From contig DF236964.1 in assembly GCA_000708835.1 (NCBI GenBank), forward strand, positions 310,001-374,000: a stretch of 64,000 bases of DNA. Reading direction: 5' to 3'. The translations under genes and the position numbers were made by a program. The first letter of the stretch is position 1. The number at the start of each line of letters is the position of its first letter. Under the pieces are notes generated by a model that worked only from the letters and a program-made list of their open reading frames with translations, searched no databases and was not told where the DNA came from. Positions 28,081 through 39,640 of the stretch are shown here, one piece after another. The stretch comes from Klebsormidium nitens (taxonomy: Eukaryota > Plantae > Klebsormidiophyceae).

Positions 28081-28949
28081 GTCATCCGATACTTGTTTTA
28101 GGAAATACTTTTACTGCTCAACATTCTGTACCTTCTTCCGCCGTTTCCCGTTCCGTTCACACTTTATCCAACCGCAAGGACGTATGAAACCCAAAAAAAA
28201 AGATTCTGCAAATCAAAGCAGATATGGGCTCAGAATGCATTCTCAGCAAGTCCAGTCCCCAATGGCACAGCCTGTCTCAAGGGAACGGCTTCAAACGATT
28301 TCCCAAAGCGCCCAAAAATCACTGCGACGTCTAGTGGGTTGGAAGCATGTTGCATGCGGCCAGCGGGTGGCGTGCGACATGGTAGTGATGCAAGTGTGTA
28401 ACATTTAGCCCAAGGACGTTTTCATTAGAGGTCTACTTCTGTCGAAGAAGCTCTCATGGAAGCATATGGCAAGGACATGCAAGGCCACATGTGTAGTGCC
28501 AAGGAGATAATCTCCCAGGCCAGTAACGTTCCGAATGGGCTTAGCTCGCGCTCCTGAGCCCCTGACACCGACTTCAGAGAGCAAACGGGTCCCTATCCTC
28601 TTTACAGCCTTTTGGAGAAATAGTTTGTTCTTACGATCGATCGAAGATCTTTTTCGCGAACTTTAATTGGCCCATCGTGACCTCGATTCTCGTCAATCAA
28701 AGGGGTGCGCCTGGGAGGCAGCTGTGCATCTGTGACTACAAATTAGCTCTTGCACCTGAAATGGAACTTGTTGTTTGAAGGTCTCCAGGAATAATGGAAT
28801 ACAAATCTGTATTGAACTGACGGCGAGTGAACGGTGGACGCGCGAGCCGAAGTTGCAGATTTATTGTACTGTACTTGTTTTCCTATAGACAATATGCAAC
28901 CGTGCGATCAAGGCATACCTTGTTCAACTGCTTTCTTGTTTTTATTTTG

Positions 28950-29650
28950 AAGTGATCTAAAACTTTCGCTTCTGCATGCGTGTGTTCCTCATGATGAACC
29001 CGTGTCCGGGTCAATCTTGCCGAACCTCGGCGCTGCTTAGACGGTCCGGCACGTGGGGGCCCGGAATACCTGCGCTACCTTGCTATTTAAACGTCGATCG
29101 AGGCTGCTATGAAGGCTATGTTACTTTCTTGGGTCGTTCCCTCTCAGTGCTGGAAGGTACACTGGTTCGTGGCAGAAACAACCAATTCTACTGTGGCCAG
29201 CCGGCGCCCATACTGGGCTCGTGAATGATGGGATCAGGCAAGAAACGGCTCCAAACAAATACAGCCTTTCTGGAATCTTGTACAATCATTCCGCAGTGAA
29301 ACCATCAAAAGGAACTTTATTGCGTGAACAAAGCCTCGAAATCGGGCAATGACGTACTGCGGCCCTCGGTCAGGTCGCTGGCCAATGATTAGTTTATGCG
29401 GGAAGGCTTGCTTCGCACACCAATGAGCCGCTGGCCAAGGTTTGCGCTCGCTTTCTCCCGACAGAGAGTTCTTCGTTTGCTCTTGATCCAAAACTTACAA
29501 ACATTCCCATCCTTAGAACTTCACGCGTGACAAAGAGGCTCTCGATTGACCTTGACCAAAAGCTTTCGACAAACGCTCCCATCCTTCTAAAGTCAGAAAG
29601 CGTTCCGATCGAGTGACGGGCGGCTTTCCAGAATGATGGCCGTCCGAAAG
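28950..29650 (-). pseudogene. Decayed coding relic paralogous to 46330-47050; product unknown
   Basis: A 21-bp identity (actgtggccagccggcgccca) occurs at 29190-29210 and 46588-46608, with flanking colinear similarity. The minus frame gives QYGRRLATVELVV vs QCGRRLATVQLIV, with synonymous and conservative changes. Confidence 0.55.
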
Positions 29651-31169
29651 CGCAGGGCTGCCAAGGTTTGTCGGCTAAGAAATTTTTGTATTTCTGTACG
29701 TCGCTCTGCATGCCTCCGCGTTGCGCTTACTCTGGATCTGCAGGCAAAAACTCCAGATTCAAGATATCCTGATGCCTGGCAGCGTAGATTGATACCGTCC
29801 ACGAAATCTGATGAAATATGAGCAAGCTTTGCCTAAAACAGGCAAGTTGTGGCCCTTTCTTGATCTGGCAGTATGACCAGAAATGAAGCTGCCAGGTCCA
29901 GCTTGTGGGCACTATGAGAAACAGCGAGGCGGCGATGACGTCGATCCATGAGATCTGAGCCCGTCGCCATGCAGGACTTCTCGCTCTTTGTTTATCTTCC
30001 TCATGTTATTCTTACCTTTCTTTTCTTTGGAAACCACTTAATCCGAAGCCAATGCAAAGACAAGGCGAGGAGATTGAGCAACAGCTCGCAGCTCAGACAC
30101 TGCCATACCATCTGGCCGAGATCGAGGAGGCTGACTGGAAAGAAAACCAAACCCGTAGAAATTCAGCCTGACGTCAGCTTGCAGGTCTGGTAATCCATCA
30201 CAAAGCGTTTTATGCCTTTATAAAATGCGACTCATACAATCGAGACAGATGCAAACTTGGAAAGAATAGACGATGCTTCTGATTTCTCACATGATTGTAT
30301 AGTCGCAAGTCGCACGCTGAGTCAAGTTTGGGCTCATTGAGTGATTCAAAGTCTGGACTCCGGTCCAGTTTGATGCGGAACCCGATCTATATAAAATGAG
30401 GTCCGCTTATATAATTTTGCATACTCCACCCGCTAGGGTTCATTACGATTATGCGCGAGCGGTATGATGCCTGAAAGCTGAGGGGGGTAGCGATGCAGAG
30501 AGCGGATAAACGGGATCTGTTTGGGGATCGAGCGCACCAATTTTTAAATACTGCCGTAGCGCCGCATTCGTTCCATTTCGAGCCGCTCAATGAAATCACC
30601 GGCACCAAACCTTGATACTGCCCTTCACAATGAAACACGCATGGTTTTTCTGGTCCCGTTCAAAATAATTCTGCCGAACACCGCAAGTCTGCAAAATTAT
30701 TGCAATGTTTGCCGCTTTAACATTGGCATCGCGTTACATCCCTTAAAACCGTCGATCAGATGGGCAAGGACAGGGAGTCCTGTGGCGAATTAAGAGGCCT
30801 TGGATGAATCCAGATTGCATTTAGAGCCCTGAAGTTGTTCGTCTTCGTCTTCTTTGGAACCTTCTATCATCTATCTTTCAGCCACTGTCTGAGAATGAGG
30901 CCGGAAGACTGCCTCAGACGAGCATTTTCAGATGATTGGTTTGCAAGGACCCTTTCGTTTATGATTTTTGGATTCTTCCTTCTGCAGTCCCTTTGCGTTG
31001 TTTTTATGGCAAGGTGCGATCTTCGAGGACGTTAAACACGCATTCTGTGACATTCCCAATCAAGAGTGAGCCCTCAAACCGCCTCCGCCACGAGCAAGTA
31101 AGTTCGTTCCTGTAAACAAAATGTCTTCATATCAGTCTAGAGCTTCGTTAAAACTCTTATTCGTTCTTT

Positions 31170-34100
31170 TGCGCGCCAGCACCCACGTGGGTACCTCGTT
31201 CGGGAGGATTGCCTCGCTGGCGCAGTAAGCTGAGAAACAAAGATATTACTGCTTCTATGCATCGCTAACCGCATAAGAAGTGAACGCGAGACCGGTGCGG
31301 CCCGCGTGGCAATGATGCACGGCCACAGCACCTGGTCCAATCTGCGGCCATGTCACGTGCCTGGCGGTTCCCTCAAACGAGCCAGCGGATCTGCAATAGA
31401 AGCTTGTGCCATGAGTATTGGATTGGCCTCACTTAAAACCAGACGTTTTCCCCCATGCATCCGCAAGCTGTAAACACCACAAAGGTGACGTCAAAAGCTA
31501 GCGCATGGGTGCTTCCGCCGCAAGACTTGCCCGTTGCATGCTTGACGCCATCCACGCCTCAGCCTCTAACCGACGTAAAGGCTGCGCGGTCAGATCCTCC
31601 AGCTTCAAGTTTTGTGCTTTCCTTCATGTTGAAATAATTGGATTGCAGCCAGCAATGATGGACGCGGGCCTGACGTGAGCAGAGCTGTCGGTCGCTCACT
31701 TTATGATGACTTGGCCTGTTGCGGAGCCAGAACTACATGTGAAGTCAATGGGGCATTGTTTGACCGGGTAGCCTAGTCCTACTCTCGCGATTGATTGATG
31801 GTACGATCCCGGTTCGTTCTTCCAAAAATGTCCAACCGACTGGATGGAGAAGTTGGACTTTCCGCTTTTCAGCAGCCCAGAAGAGAATCGGTGATAGAAC
31901 GATGAGCACATTCGGAGGCGATAAAATGGGAGCTCTTCCGACATCGAAACGCCGTCCTGCTAGACTGAAAACCGGGATCTTGAGATTGAGAATGAGGAAA
32001 AGTCAGCCTTCGCCCCGCCCGGCAATGATGCATCGCAGGAGCTGGTAAAAATACCTGCCGGCCAGCGATGTCTCTTTAGCGTCCTGGATTGCCAGAAGAT
32101 CTGCAGAAGACGTTCCTGAAGGGACCAAAAGACGGTTTTTATTTGCCAGCAGAGAAGCTCTAACGAACATCACAAGGCTGAAGTCCTCAAGAGCTAGCAT
32201 ACGGGTGCTTCCGCCGCCCCGCAAAACAACGTGTCGCTCTACGCTTTCCTCGCCTCGTCGGGCCTCGACACGCTGCGCCGTCATTTGCTCTGACTTCTAT
32301 ATCTCAACTGATGGTTCGAAGGGTTGAAAGATGCAATCAGTGATGAAAGGCGCGGGCTTGAGCAGGTCTTGCCGCTCACAGCTTGATTGACGTCCTGTTG
32401 CGGAACCAGAACTGTATCACTTGGGCGTTGTACGATTGGATGGTCGAGCACGGGCCGCGCTCACGATTTATTGGACTCTCGCTACTCGTTTCTCCGAAAC
32501 ATTTGGACCGGTTGAATGGAGAAGTTGAAAGGTTAATTTGTTGCCTGTCCAGCGGCTCGGAGAACCAGTAATGGATTGTTGAGCACGTCCGAAGTCTACA
32601 TGAATGTCTCAGTATGCCGGCGCGCCATCGCGCTAATTTAAAACCCGCAATGTGAGTAAATAGAAGAAGGAATCCAGCCTTCGGCCCGCTCGGCAATGAT
32701 ACTATGATGCACCGAGTAAGTTGGTCCAGACTTCCGGCCAGCGACATTATGACGTCCTGAATTTCCAGTGGATACGCTGATCAAGAGTTTCGTGAACGTT
32801 ACGGACCTACAGACAGTATGCCTTGACCAGTACGAAAGCTCTAGCAAACGTTACGAAGCTGACGTGCTCACGAGCTAGCACATGCGTGCCTGCGCCGCGG
32901 GCAAGGTCGTCGCTTCGCTGCATGCCTCCGACGAAACTCGATAGGCTGCGCCGTTAGACGCCCCGAGTTGAGTCTTCAGCTTTTTTTTCTTTCTGAGGGA
33001 TTGGAATTGGACCCGGCAATGATGGACGCGGCCGTGAGCAGGGCAGTTGCTCACTTCTAGACGACTTTGCCTCTTGCGGAGCCGGGTTCACATTCAAACT
33101 TACTGGGGCGTTGTACGACCGGGTAGCCTAGTCAGGGCCCGCGCTCTCGCTTCGTTGGAATCGCCCCTCGGTTTTTCCAAAAAATTTCCGACGGACTGGA
33201 TGAAGAAGTTTCAGCAGCCCAGAGGACCAGGGACGGATTGATGAGCACGTTCGCAGCAATTAACAGGAGCTCTTAATGGCTTCATCAAGACGCTGACGTG
33301 CTAGACTTGGGAACCGGAATTTGGGGAGCAGAAGAAGAAGCCAGCCTTTGGCCCGCCCGGCAAGGGAGCACCGCAGGACCTGATCCAAACAAGTTCCCGC
33401 CAGGAACTCTTGGCGTCCTGAATTGCCAGCGGATGTGCAAAAGGCGTTTACGAATCGGACCACCAGACAGTATGCCTCGGCAAAAGCTCGCGAACGCCAC
33501 GAAGCTGACGTCGATCGATCACGAGCTAGCTCACGGGTGCTTGCACCGCCGGGCAAGAAGTCGCGTCGCTTCACGCTTCCACGCTTCTGACGGACCTTAA
33601 CATAGGCTGCGCGGCGAGATGCTCCGACTTAAATCTTCAGCTTCTTTCCTTTTTGAAGGAAACGGACTGCAACCGGCAATCAAGGACGCCGACGCTGGCT
33701 TAAGCAGGTTTTCCCGCTCACAGCTCGATACAGACGGGGCCTATTACGGAGCACCCACGCAGCACCCACGTGGCACCTCGTTTCGGACTGAAAGTGCCTC
33801 GCTGGCCATAGTACCTGAGAAACCAGAGAAGTCGCTCCCTTCGTGCACTGCGAACTGGGTAGTAGAATCGCAAGTTTGCTTTCCCCGTGGCAATGATGCA
33901 CCGAAGGACTTGCAATTATTGGTCCGCATGATTGTGGCCATCTGTCCTTTGCTGTTCCTTCAATGAGCCAGCAGCTAGAGATCTGCCATGCGTGAAAGGC
34001 CTCGGGCGAAATCAGAAAGTTTTTGTCATTCTCAAGGGGGCCTCTTCCGCATTGTAAGAGACTGACGTCAAGAGCTAGCATTAAAGAGCATGTGCCGGTT

Positions 34101-35310
34101 TGACGACGTGGCGTTCCTCGACGCCATCCACCCTCCCCACCCTCAACAGGGTGCGCTGTTAGATGCCCCGTCTTCTTGTTGTTTGAAGGACCGGGATAAC
34201 TTTGGGAATAAGGGACGCGGGTGTGATCATGGCTGTCGTCACTCACTCATGAAGACGTGGGCATTTGCGGAGCAGAGCTACACTCGAAGTAACGGGAGTA
34301 TTCATGTACGATTTCCCAACGCGAGTGCACCGCTCATGAATTTGTCGAACTCAGCTTCACACGTTCATCCAAGATTTTACGGCCCAAACCATGGGGAAGC
34401 TGAGAGACTCTGTCGATTGCCAGCACCTTGCAAAATTAGTCATGGATCCTTGAGCACATTGAAAGACCTATAAGACCTCTTCATAAACACGCAGGTGTGA
34501 TCAAATGGAAGAATTTAAAGAGCAAGAAAAGAAGCCAGCCTTCGGCCCGCCCGGCAATGATGCACCGCAGGACCTGGTCCCGACAAGTTCCGGCCAGCCA
34601 TATTGCTAACGTCCTGAATCGCCAGCGGATTCACAAAAGGCGTTTGTGAAACGGACCACCAGACAGTTGACCTCGCAGAGAAGCTCTGGCGAACGCCACG
34701 AAGCTGACGTCACGAGCGAGCATATAGGTGCTTGCGCTGCCGGGCAAGACGTCGCGTCGATCCGAGCTCTCCGAGCTCTCCACGTATCGACTGACCTCGA
34801 CAGGCTGCGCCGTCAGTTGCTCTCACTTTCATATCTAGCTTCGATTGATGTTCAAATTAAAGGGTTGAAAGATGCTAATGAAGGACGCGGGCTTCCGCTC
34901 ACAGCTTGGTCACGACAAGGCATGACGTTGCCGGAACCAGAACTGCATTTCCTGGGCGTTGTAGGATCGGATGGTCGAGCACGTGCCGCGCTCAAGAACT
35001 GTTAGCTTCGCCACCTCCTCCGAAACCCTCCGACCAATTGAATAGAACAATTGACGGTTGATTGTTGCTTGCCAACCAGCTCGACGCTATAATCAGTGAG
35101 CACTGGAATTTTGAGCACGTTCAAAGGTCCATGATAAGTCTCCATATGCCATTCGCCAATTAGATCGAAGATCGGAGCTTAAGTAGCTGACAAAAGACGA
35201 AACAATCTATATTCGGCCCGCTCGGCAATGATGCACTGCAGGACTTGGTCCTTGTTGCGGCCACTTGTCATAGTGGAATCCAACCGAGCCAGCGGGTCTG
35301 AAGGGGACAG
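31170..35310 (+). repeat. Diverged tandem array of six ~670-bp units (plus the start of a seventh) derived from LRR-like coding sequence
   Basis: The anchor motif ttcggcccgcccggcaatgatgcaccgcaggacctggtcc has its ggc at 31308, 32021, 32692, 33359, 33889, 34553 and 35224 (spacings 713, 671, 667, 530, 664, 671). The same ordered internal blocks recur unit after unit; the short fourth unit has lost part of them. Confidence 0.88.
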
Positions 35311-35820
35311 TGCGGCAGGGGTCGGTGTTGCGACGTGTCCGACATGTTTATCTCAACACATACATGTCGACGGGTGCCAAGCTGGCGCTCTGCAATTCTA
35401 CGACTTCTTTCGTCCACAATTGCATGACAAATCAAACATTGATTGTACAGTCAAAAGCTTCCCACAGCTCCTGTCACGAACTTCAAGCGCGTTCAATCAC
35501 GAGTGGTGGGCAGTTGCACGAGGGTGCTGCCCGTTTGTGGTAGGGAGCGCCAAGTCCGCGAACATTCCCCAGTTTCCCCTCCAAAATCGCCTTTCCAGGA
35601 ATGGAGTGAGAGCACCAAGTCCCAAATCGAAGCGTCTCGGTAGCGCCTTGCAGCGGTTCTGCGCTCAAAACATCGACTGAATGAAGGCCCGATGTGACCT
35701 CCGTCCATTTGACAGTCTGACGCATGTGCCAAAGATTGAAATCTGGAGATTCATACGGAGCTGACTCCAATGGCGAGCGCAATGGTGCTTGCGCCGTCAA
35801 GGCGTTTGCGTTTACCGCCA

Positions 35821-36617
35821 CGCTAATCTTGACCACAGGGAAGATTTTCAGTTTTCCGTTTCACACGGCGTTCCGCTCCGCATGCTCTCCTAGGTACATG
35901 ATTGTTTTCGATTCCCAGACCGACCGACCGCGGGACCAGTTATCACTGCCGCCCCACCCCGGCCGGACCAGGCGGACCAACCGACCGCCGGACTACATCC
36001 TGGCATCCCAATGATCCCACCCTGGCCTGACCGGCCAGACCGACCGACCGCCGGACTGGGCTAGGAGGCGCAACCTTAGCCGGACCAGGCGGACCGACCG
36101 ACTGCGGGACCGCAAGGCTCGGTCGGCCGCCCGTCGGTCGGTCCGGCAAGTTTTCTCAATCTGACATACCAGTGTTGGTACGTACAACTCGGGGTGGCTC
36201 ACTGAGCGCCGGACCAGGCGGACCGACCGACCGCTGGACCGCTAACTTTAAGACTCACCGCAAACCACAGGGTTCATGGTCTCTAACCCTAAGTCGTCCC
36301 GTCAGGACCTACCCAAACCCACCCTAACCCCCAAGCTTTGCCCACCACAGTCACTAGAAGATGACAACAAACTAAAAGCTAAGGATAAGTGACACACCCT
36401 AACCCTAAGTCGTCCCGCCAGAGCTCACCCGCACCCACCATAACCGCCCTGCTAACCCCATCAAAGTCACAGTCCGGTGGTCGGTCAGTCTGCCGATTGT
36501 TAATCATGCAAAGTAAATGCCAAAATAATTCAGAATTCAGTCGGAGTTCCGTTGTTCCGTTGCCGACAGGGGCACGCGGAGCCCGACTTAAAATCTCCCC
36601 TGTGGTCAAGATTAGCG
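35821..36617. mobile_element. Non-autonomous TIR element (MITE-like, 797 bp)
   Basis: 28-bp terminal inverted repeats match at 27/28 (cgctaatcttgaccacagggaagatttt at 35821-35848; aaaatctcccctgtggtcaagattagcg at 36590-36617). Internal ccggaccaggcggaccraccgac occurs at 35963, 36080 and 36209. A 19-bp direct repeat ctaaccctaagtcgtcccg occurs at 36283 and 36399. No transposase ORF; the TSD is not clear. Confidence 0.75.
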
Positions 36618-37399
36618 GGCCCCTATTTGCGTTCTCCCACGCCTTCAAAAAGCCCAGCGTGGCAAAGTGCGCAAGTAGATGCTCTCGTCTAGCTTATTCT
36701 TGGATACGTCTCTTTAAAGGAGCCAGTTTGCTAACGTCGGCAAGGAGCGACCCGGGCGTGAGCATCTCAATTGCTCACTTTCGATCCACACGTGACACCG
36801 TACGGAGCGAGCACCGCAATCTTCAAAGGTACTCTGCGGTACTAATCAAGGTCGAGTAGCCGAGTGCCGCGCTTAAGAACGGTTGGATTCGCCGTTCGAA
36901 AAGCTGAACGATTTTGACGTGCTTTTGTCTGAGCGCTCGTTGTATTAGTTGAAAAGCAGGTTCGAAATGGCATAAGATTCTGATCGCGGTCCACCTGCAG
37001 CGAGTTAAGCTGATTTGTACACGCTGACGCACATATATACGTCAGAGATGCGCGCCGCTATCGCCAAGCCGCGCTTTTATTGAGCGGATCCTTTGAGTTC
37101 CTCCTATCGCTTCTTCCACCTTGACTTAGCTTCCTTGAATTGCCGCCCTTTCTTTTCAAACATGTGGTACTCACGGTTTTTGCACCGCTTCCTCCGGCAC
37201 CGCCAAGTGCGTAAGATCAACAGGAGTCAGCCTTTGCACAACTCGCCCATCGTCCACCCTAAAACCCTGTTTACTTCAAGTGTTTGTGTTTACTTCTGAT
37301 TGGCTCAGCTGTTGTGCATGATTGTTGTTGTGCATGAAAGAAAGTCTAACGGCCCGGCAGGCTATGAGGGAAGTTTCATCTGGGCAGCGAGCAATAGCT

Positions 37400-38505
37400 C
37401 ATCTTGTCATGAAGAGCAATCCAAGCTGTGACTTATTCCAGGCACTGGTCTTGCGGGCGGACTTTGTGAATCAGCGCACGCCTCAGATTGGAAGGGCTGC
37501 AAGCTTTGGAATCTGCACAATCTTCAGACAACGTTAGAGATCTTGGGCGCGTTGGTTTCAAACAGGAGCCAAAACGGGGCTGAATCGTAGCATTCCGCTA
37601 CAAAAAAGTGGCCATGAATCGGAGCTAAGCCCCGGCTCAAGTTTGGTGTGAATTCAAGGCGCCCTGTATACGGAGTCCAGTGCTCCAAGGCCTCGTTTCC
37701 TTACCGAGTGTTTCTGGCCCAAGTCCTAGCTTCTGTCAGAGTGCGGCAAGGATTAAGCGGTTCATGCATGAACGTTGCCCACTCACTATGAACGAAGGCC
37801 TTGTTCAAGTCGCTGTTCAAGCGGGTATTCTTACCTCAAAAAAGGACGTTCAAGTTTGTTCAAGCACGTCGAGTTTGTTCGAGCAGAGATAGCTTTTTGA
37901 ACCGGTACAAGCGCCTGGCACACGCCCGTACTAGGACAAATTCGGCTATAAGAATCGAATATCCGGTCATTTCAGCCATATAACGACTTGAACATTGATA
38001 TTTTCAAGCAGGATAAGAACTCGAACACGCGTTACTTGGACAGGGCCCTGGTTTACAGTGACTGTGCCGTCTCCAACCCATGCGTTGCGAGCGAGAGCCG
38101 GTCCGCACACATGATAAAGATTGCGAATACGTGCGCGTGATCCAAAGGTTCAAGCTTTCGAGCACATTTCCCCTCAATCTGACCGGCGCTTCCTAGTGTA
38201 GCGGTGATCGATCGCTTCGTTCTGGGTTGCTGCAACGGCGTCGGTCGTGTCGATCAGGTTTCCTGCGTAAAGGTACTCCACTGTCTCGCGTTTATTAGTC
38301 CCTCCGCGCTTGATGTTACGGCGACTGGTAAGGAAAGCCAAATGCACTGTCGCCATGCTAGTCAGCTCGCACATTGGCAACATGAATGTGCTATATATTC
38401 AAGCCAGATTATTTCCCTGGTCAAAAAGCTCCCTGCGATAGCACTCACTCATATTCGCACTCATCCATCCCGTTCTGAAGGCGCTACTACTCGTCAAACT
38501 CAGCT
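37400..38505 (-). pseudogene. BTB/POZ(-BACK)-like relic
   Basis: Minus-strand fragments in BTB order: LSLTSSSAFRTGWMSANMSE (from 38503), TVEYLYAGNL (~38261-38284) and KCARKLEPLDHAHVFAIF..ADRLSL (~38100-38170). A weak BACK-like AWIALHD lies at 37406-37426. The fragments are in different frames with stops. Confidence 0.4.
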
Positions 38506-38939
38506 ATCTAAGTAGCCTTGGAAGAGCTCCACACCCTGGAGTGAACAGCCTTGCCGCTTCGGCTGAGATTTGTCCTGAGCACTTTGTGTGACCGTCGGGC
38601 ACTGATTTGAGAGGATCTGGCCACCACGCCGGCTAAGTGTTTTGCCGTCGTTACCAAAACAAATGAGCCCCCGTGCGGATAGATTCGTGGGACGTTTAAA
38701 TTGATCGTCGAGTTCCTTCGTTTCCTCTCGGCCGACAGACTCCCAAACCTTCTTTTCCGAAAATCGCTAGACGATGATGGGCCAGCTCCTTGGGTGATTG
38801 CTTTTCAGGAGCGTAGCCTTCAGCAGAGTCATGTTCCCGGTTTTTCCGTCAGAAGGGCCTCCCTTCGCTTCGTGCGATGCGGCCAGTCTGCAACAGAGTG
38901 AGAGTACAACATGATGAATCTGTTCCGGCGCGAATAGAA

Positions 38940-39640
38940 AGAATACGAGAGGTTTTGCCTTGGTCCGCAAAGGAGCTCCGGCGAACTTCGCGAAGCTGAC
39001 TCGGACATCATACGCTAGCACACGTCGATCGGATGCTTGTGCGGCCGGGCAAGAAGTACTGGCATTCGCTCCACGCCTTTCCGCCTCCAACGACCCTCGA
39101 CAGGTTGCACCGATAGATGCTCCCAAACAATTCTTTCCCTTTGTTCCCTTTTGAAGGCTTGCAGAATGCAATCGGCAGTGAGGGACCCGTACGTGAGCAG
39201 AGCGGTCGCTCACTGGTGGAAGACGTGGCCTATGACGGAGCCAGAGCTGCAGTTGTGTTTGTGACTGAAACGTGTTTTGTGATACGACGAGTAGCCAAGT
39301 GCCGCGCTCGCTAAATTTGCCACTCGTTGCTCCGACCCTTTCCGACCGAATGATAATGGAGAAGCTAAAGTAGTGGTTGACCAGCAGCTCGAAGGATCAG
39401 TGATGAGCAACTTCGAAAAACGGAAGGTCTCGTCTTCGGCACGCAATCGTGCTTTATTTGAAGACCGTCCGATTCTAAAATGAAGTAAAAGGAACCCTTC
39501 CTTCGACCCGCCCGGCAATGCTCCACCGTAGGATCTGGTCCTTCAAATGTTGCGCCATCGGTGTTCGCTGGGCTCTGTAGTTCCACATGAGCCAGCGGGG
39601 CCACATGCGGAATTCGTGCCGCGTTCGGTACGACCAGACG
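38940..39640 (+). pseudogene. Dispersed copy of the ~670-bp GND/LRR-like unit
   Basis: The same ordered blocks as in the 31-35 kb array: cgaagctgac..gctagcacacg (~38990), ctcgacaggttgcaccg (~39095), gtgagcagagcggtcgctcac (~39192), ggagccagagctgca (~39237) and the anchor box at 39514. Confidence 0.75.

Noticed and set aside
32395-32430. Homeodomain-like IQFWFRNR on the minus strand (also MQFWFRQR at ~34930)
   Set aside because: Helices 1-2 are absent, the motif is not kept in the other units, and the synonymous-change pattern supports the + strand frame instead.
31300-35260. CRISPR-like regularly spaced repeat
   Set aside because: The spacing is ~670 bp, the intervening sequences are homologous to each other, the repeats are degenerate, there are no cas genes, and the context is eukaryotic.
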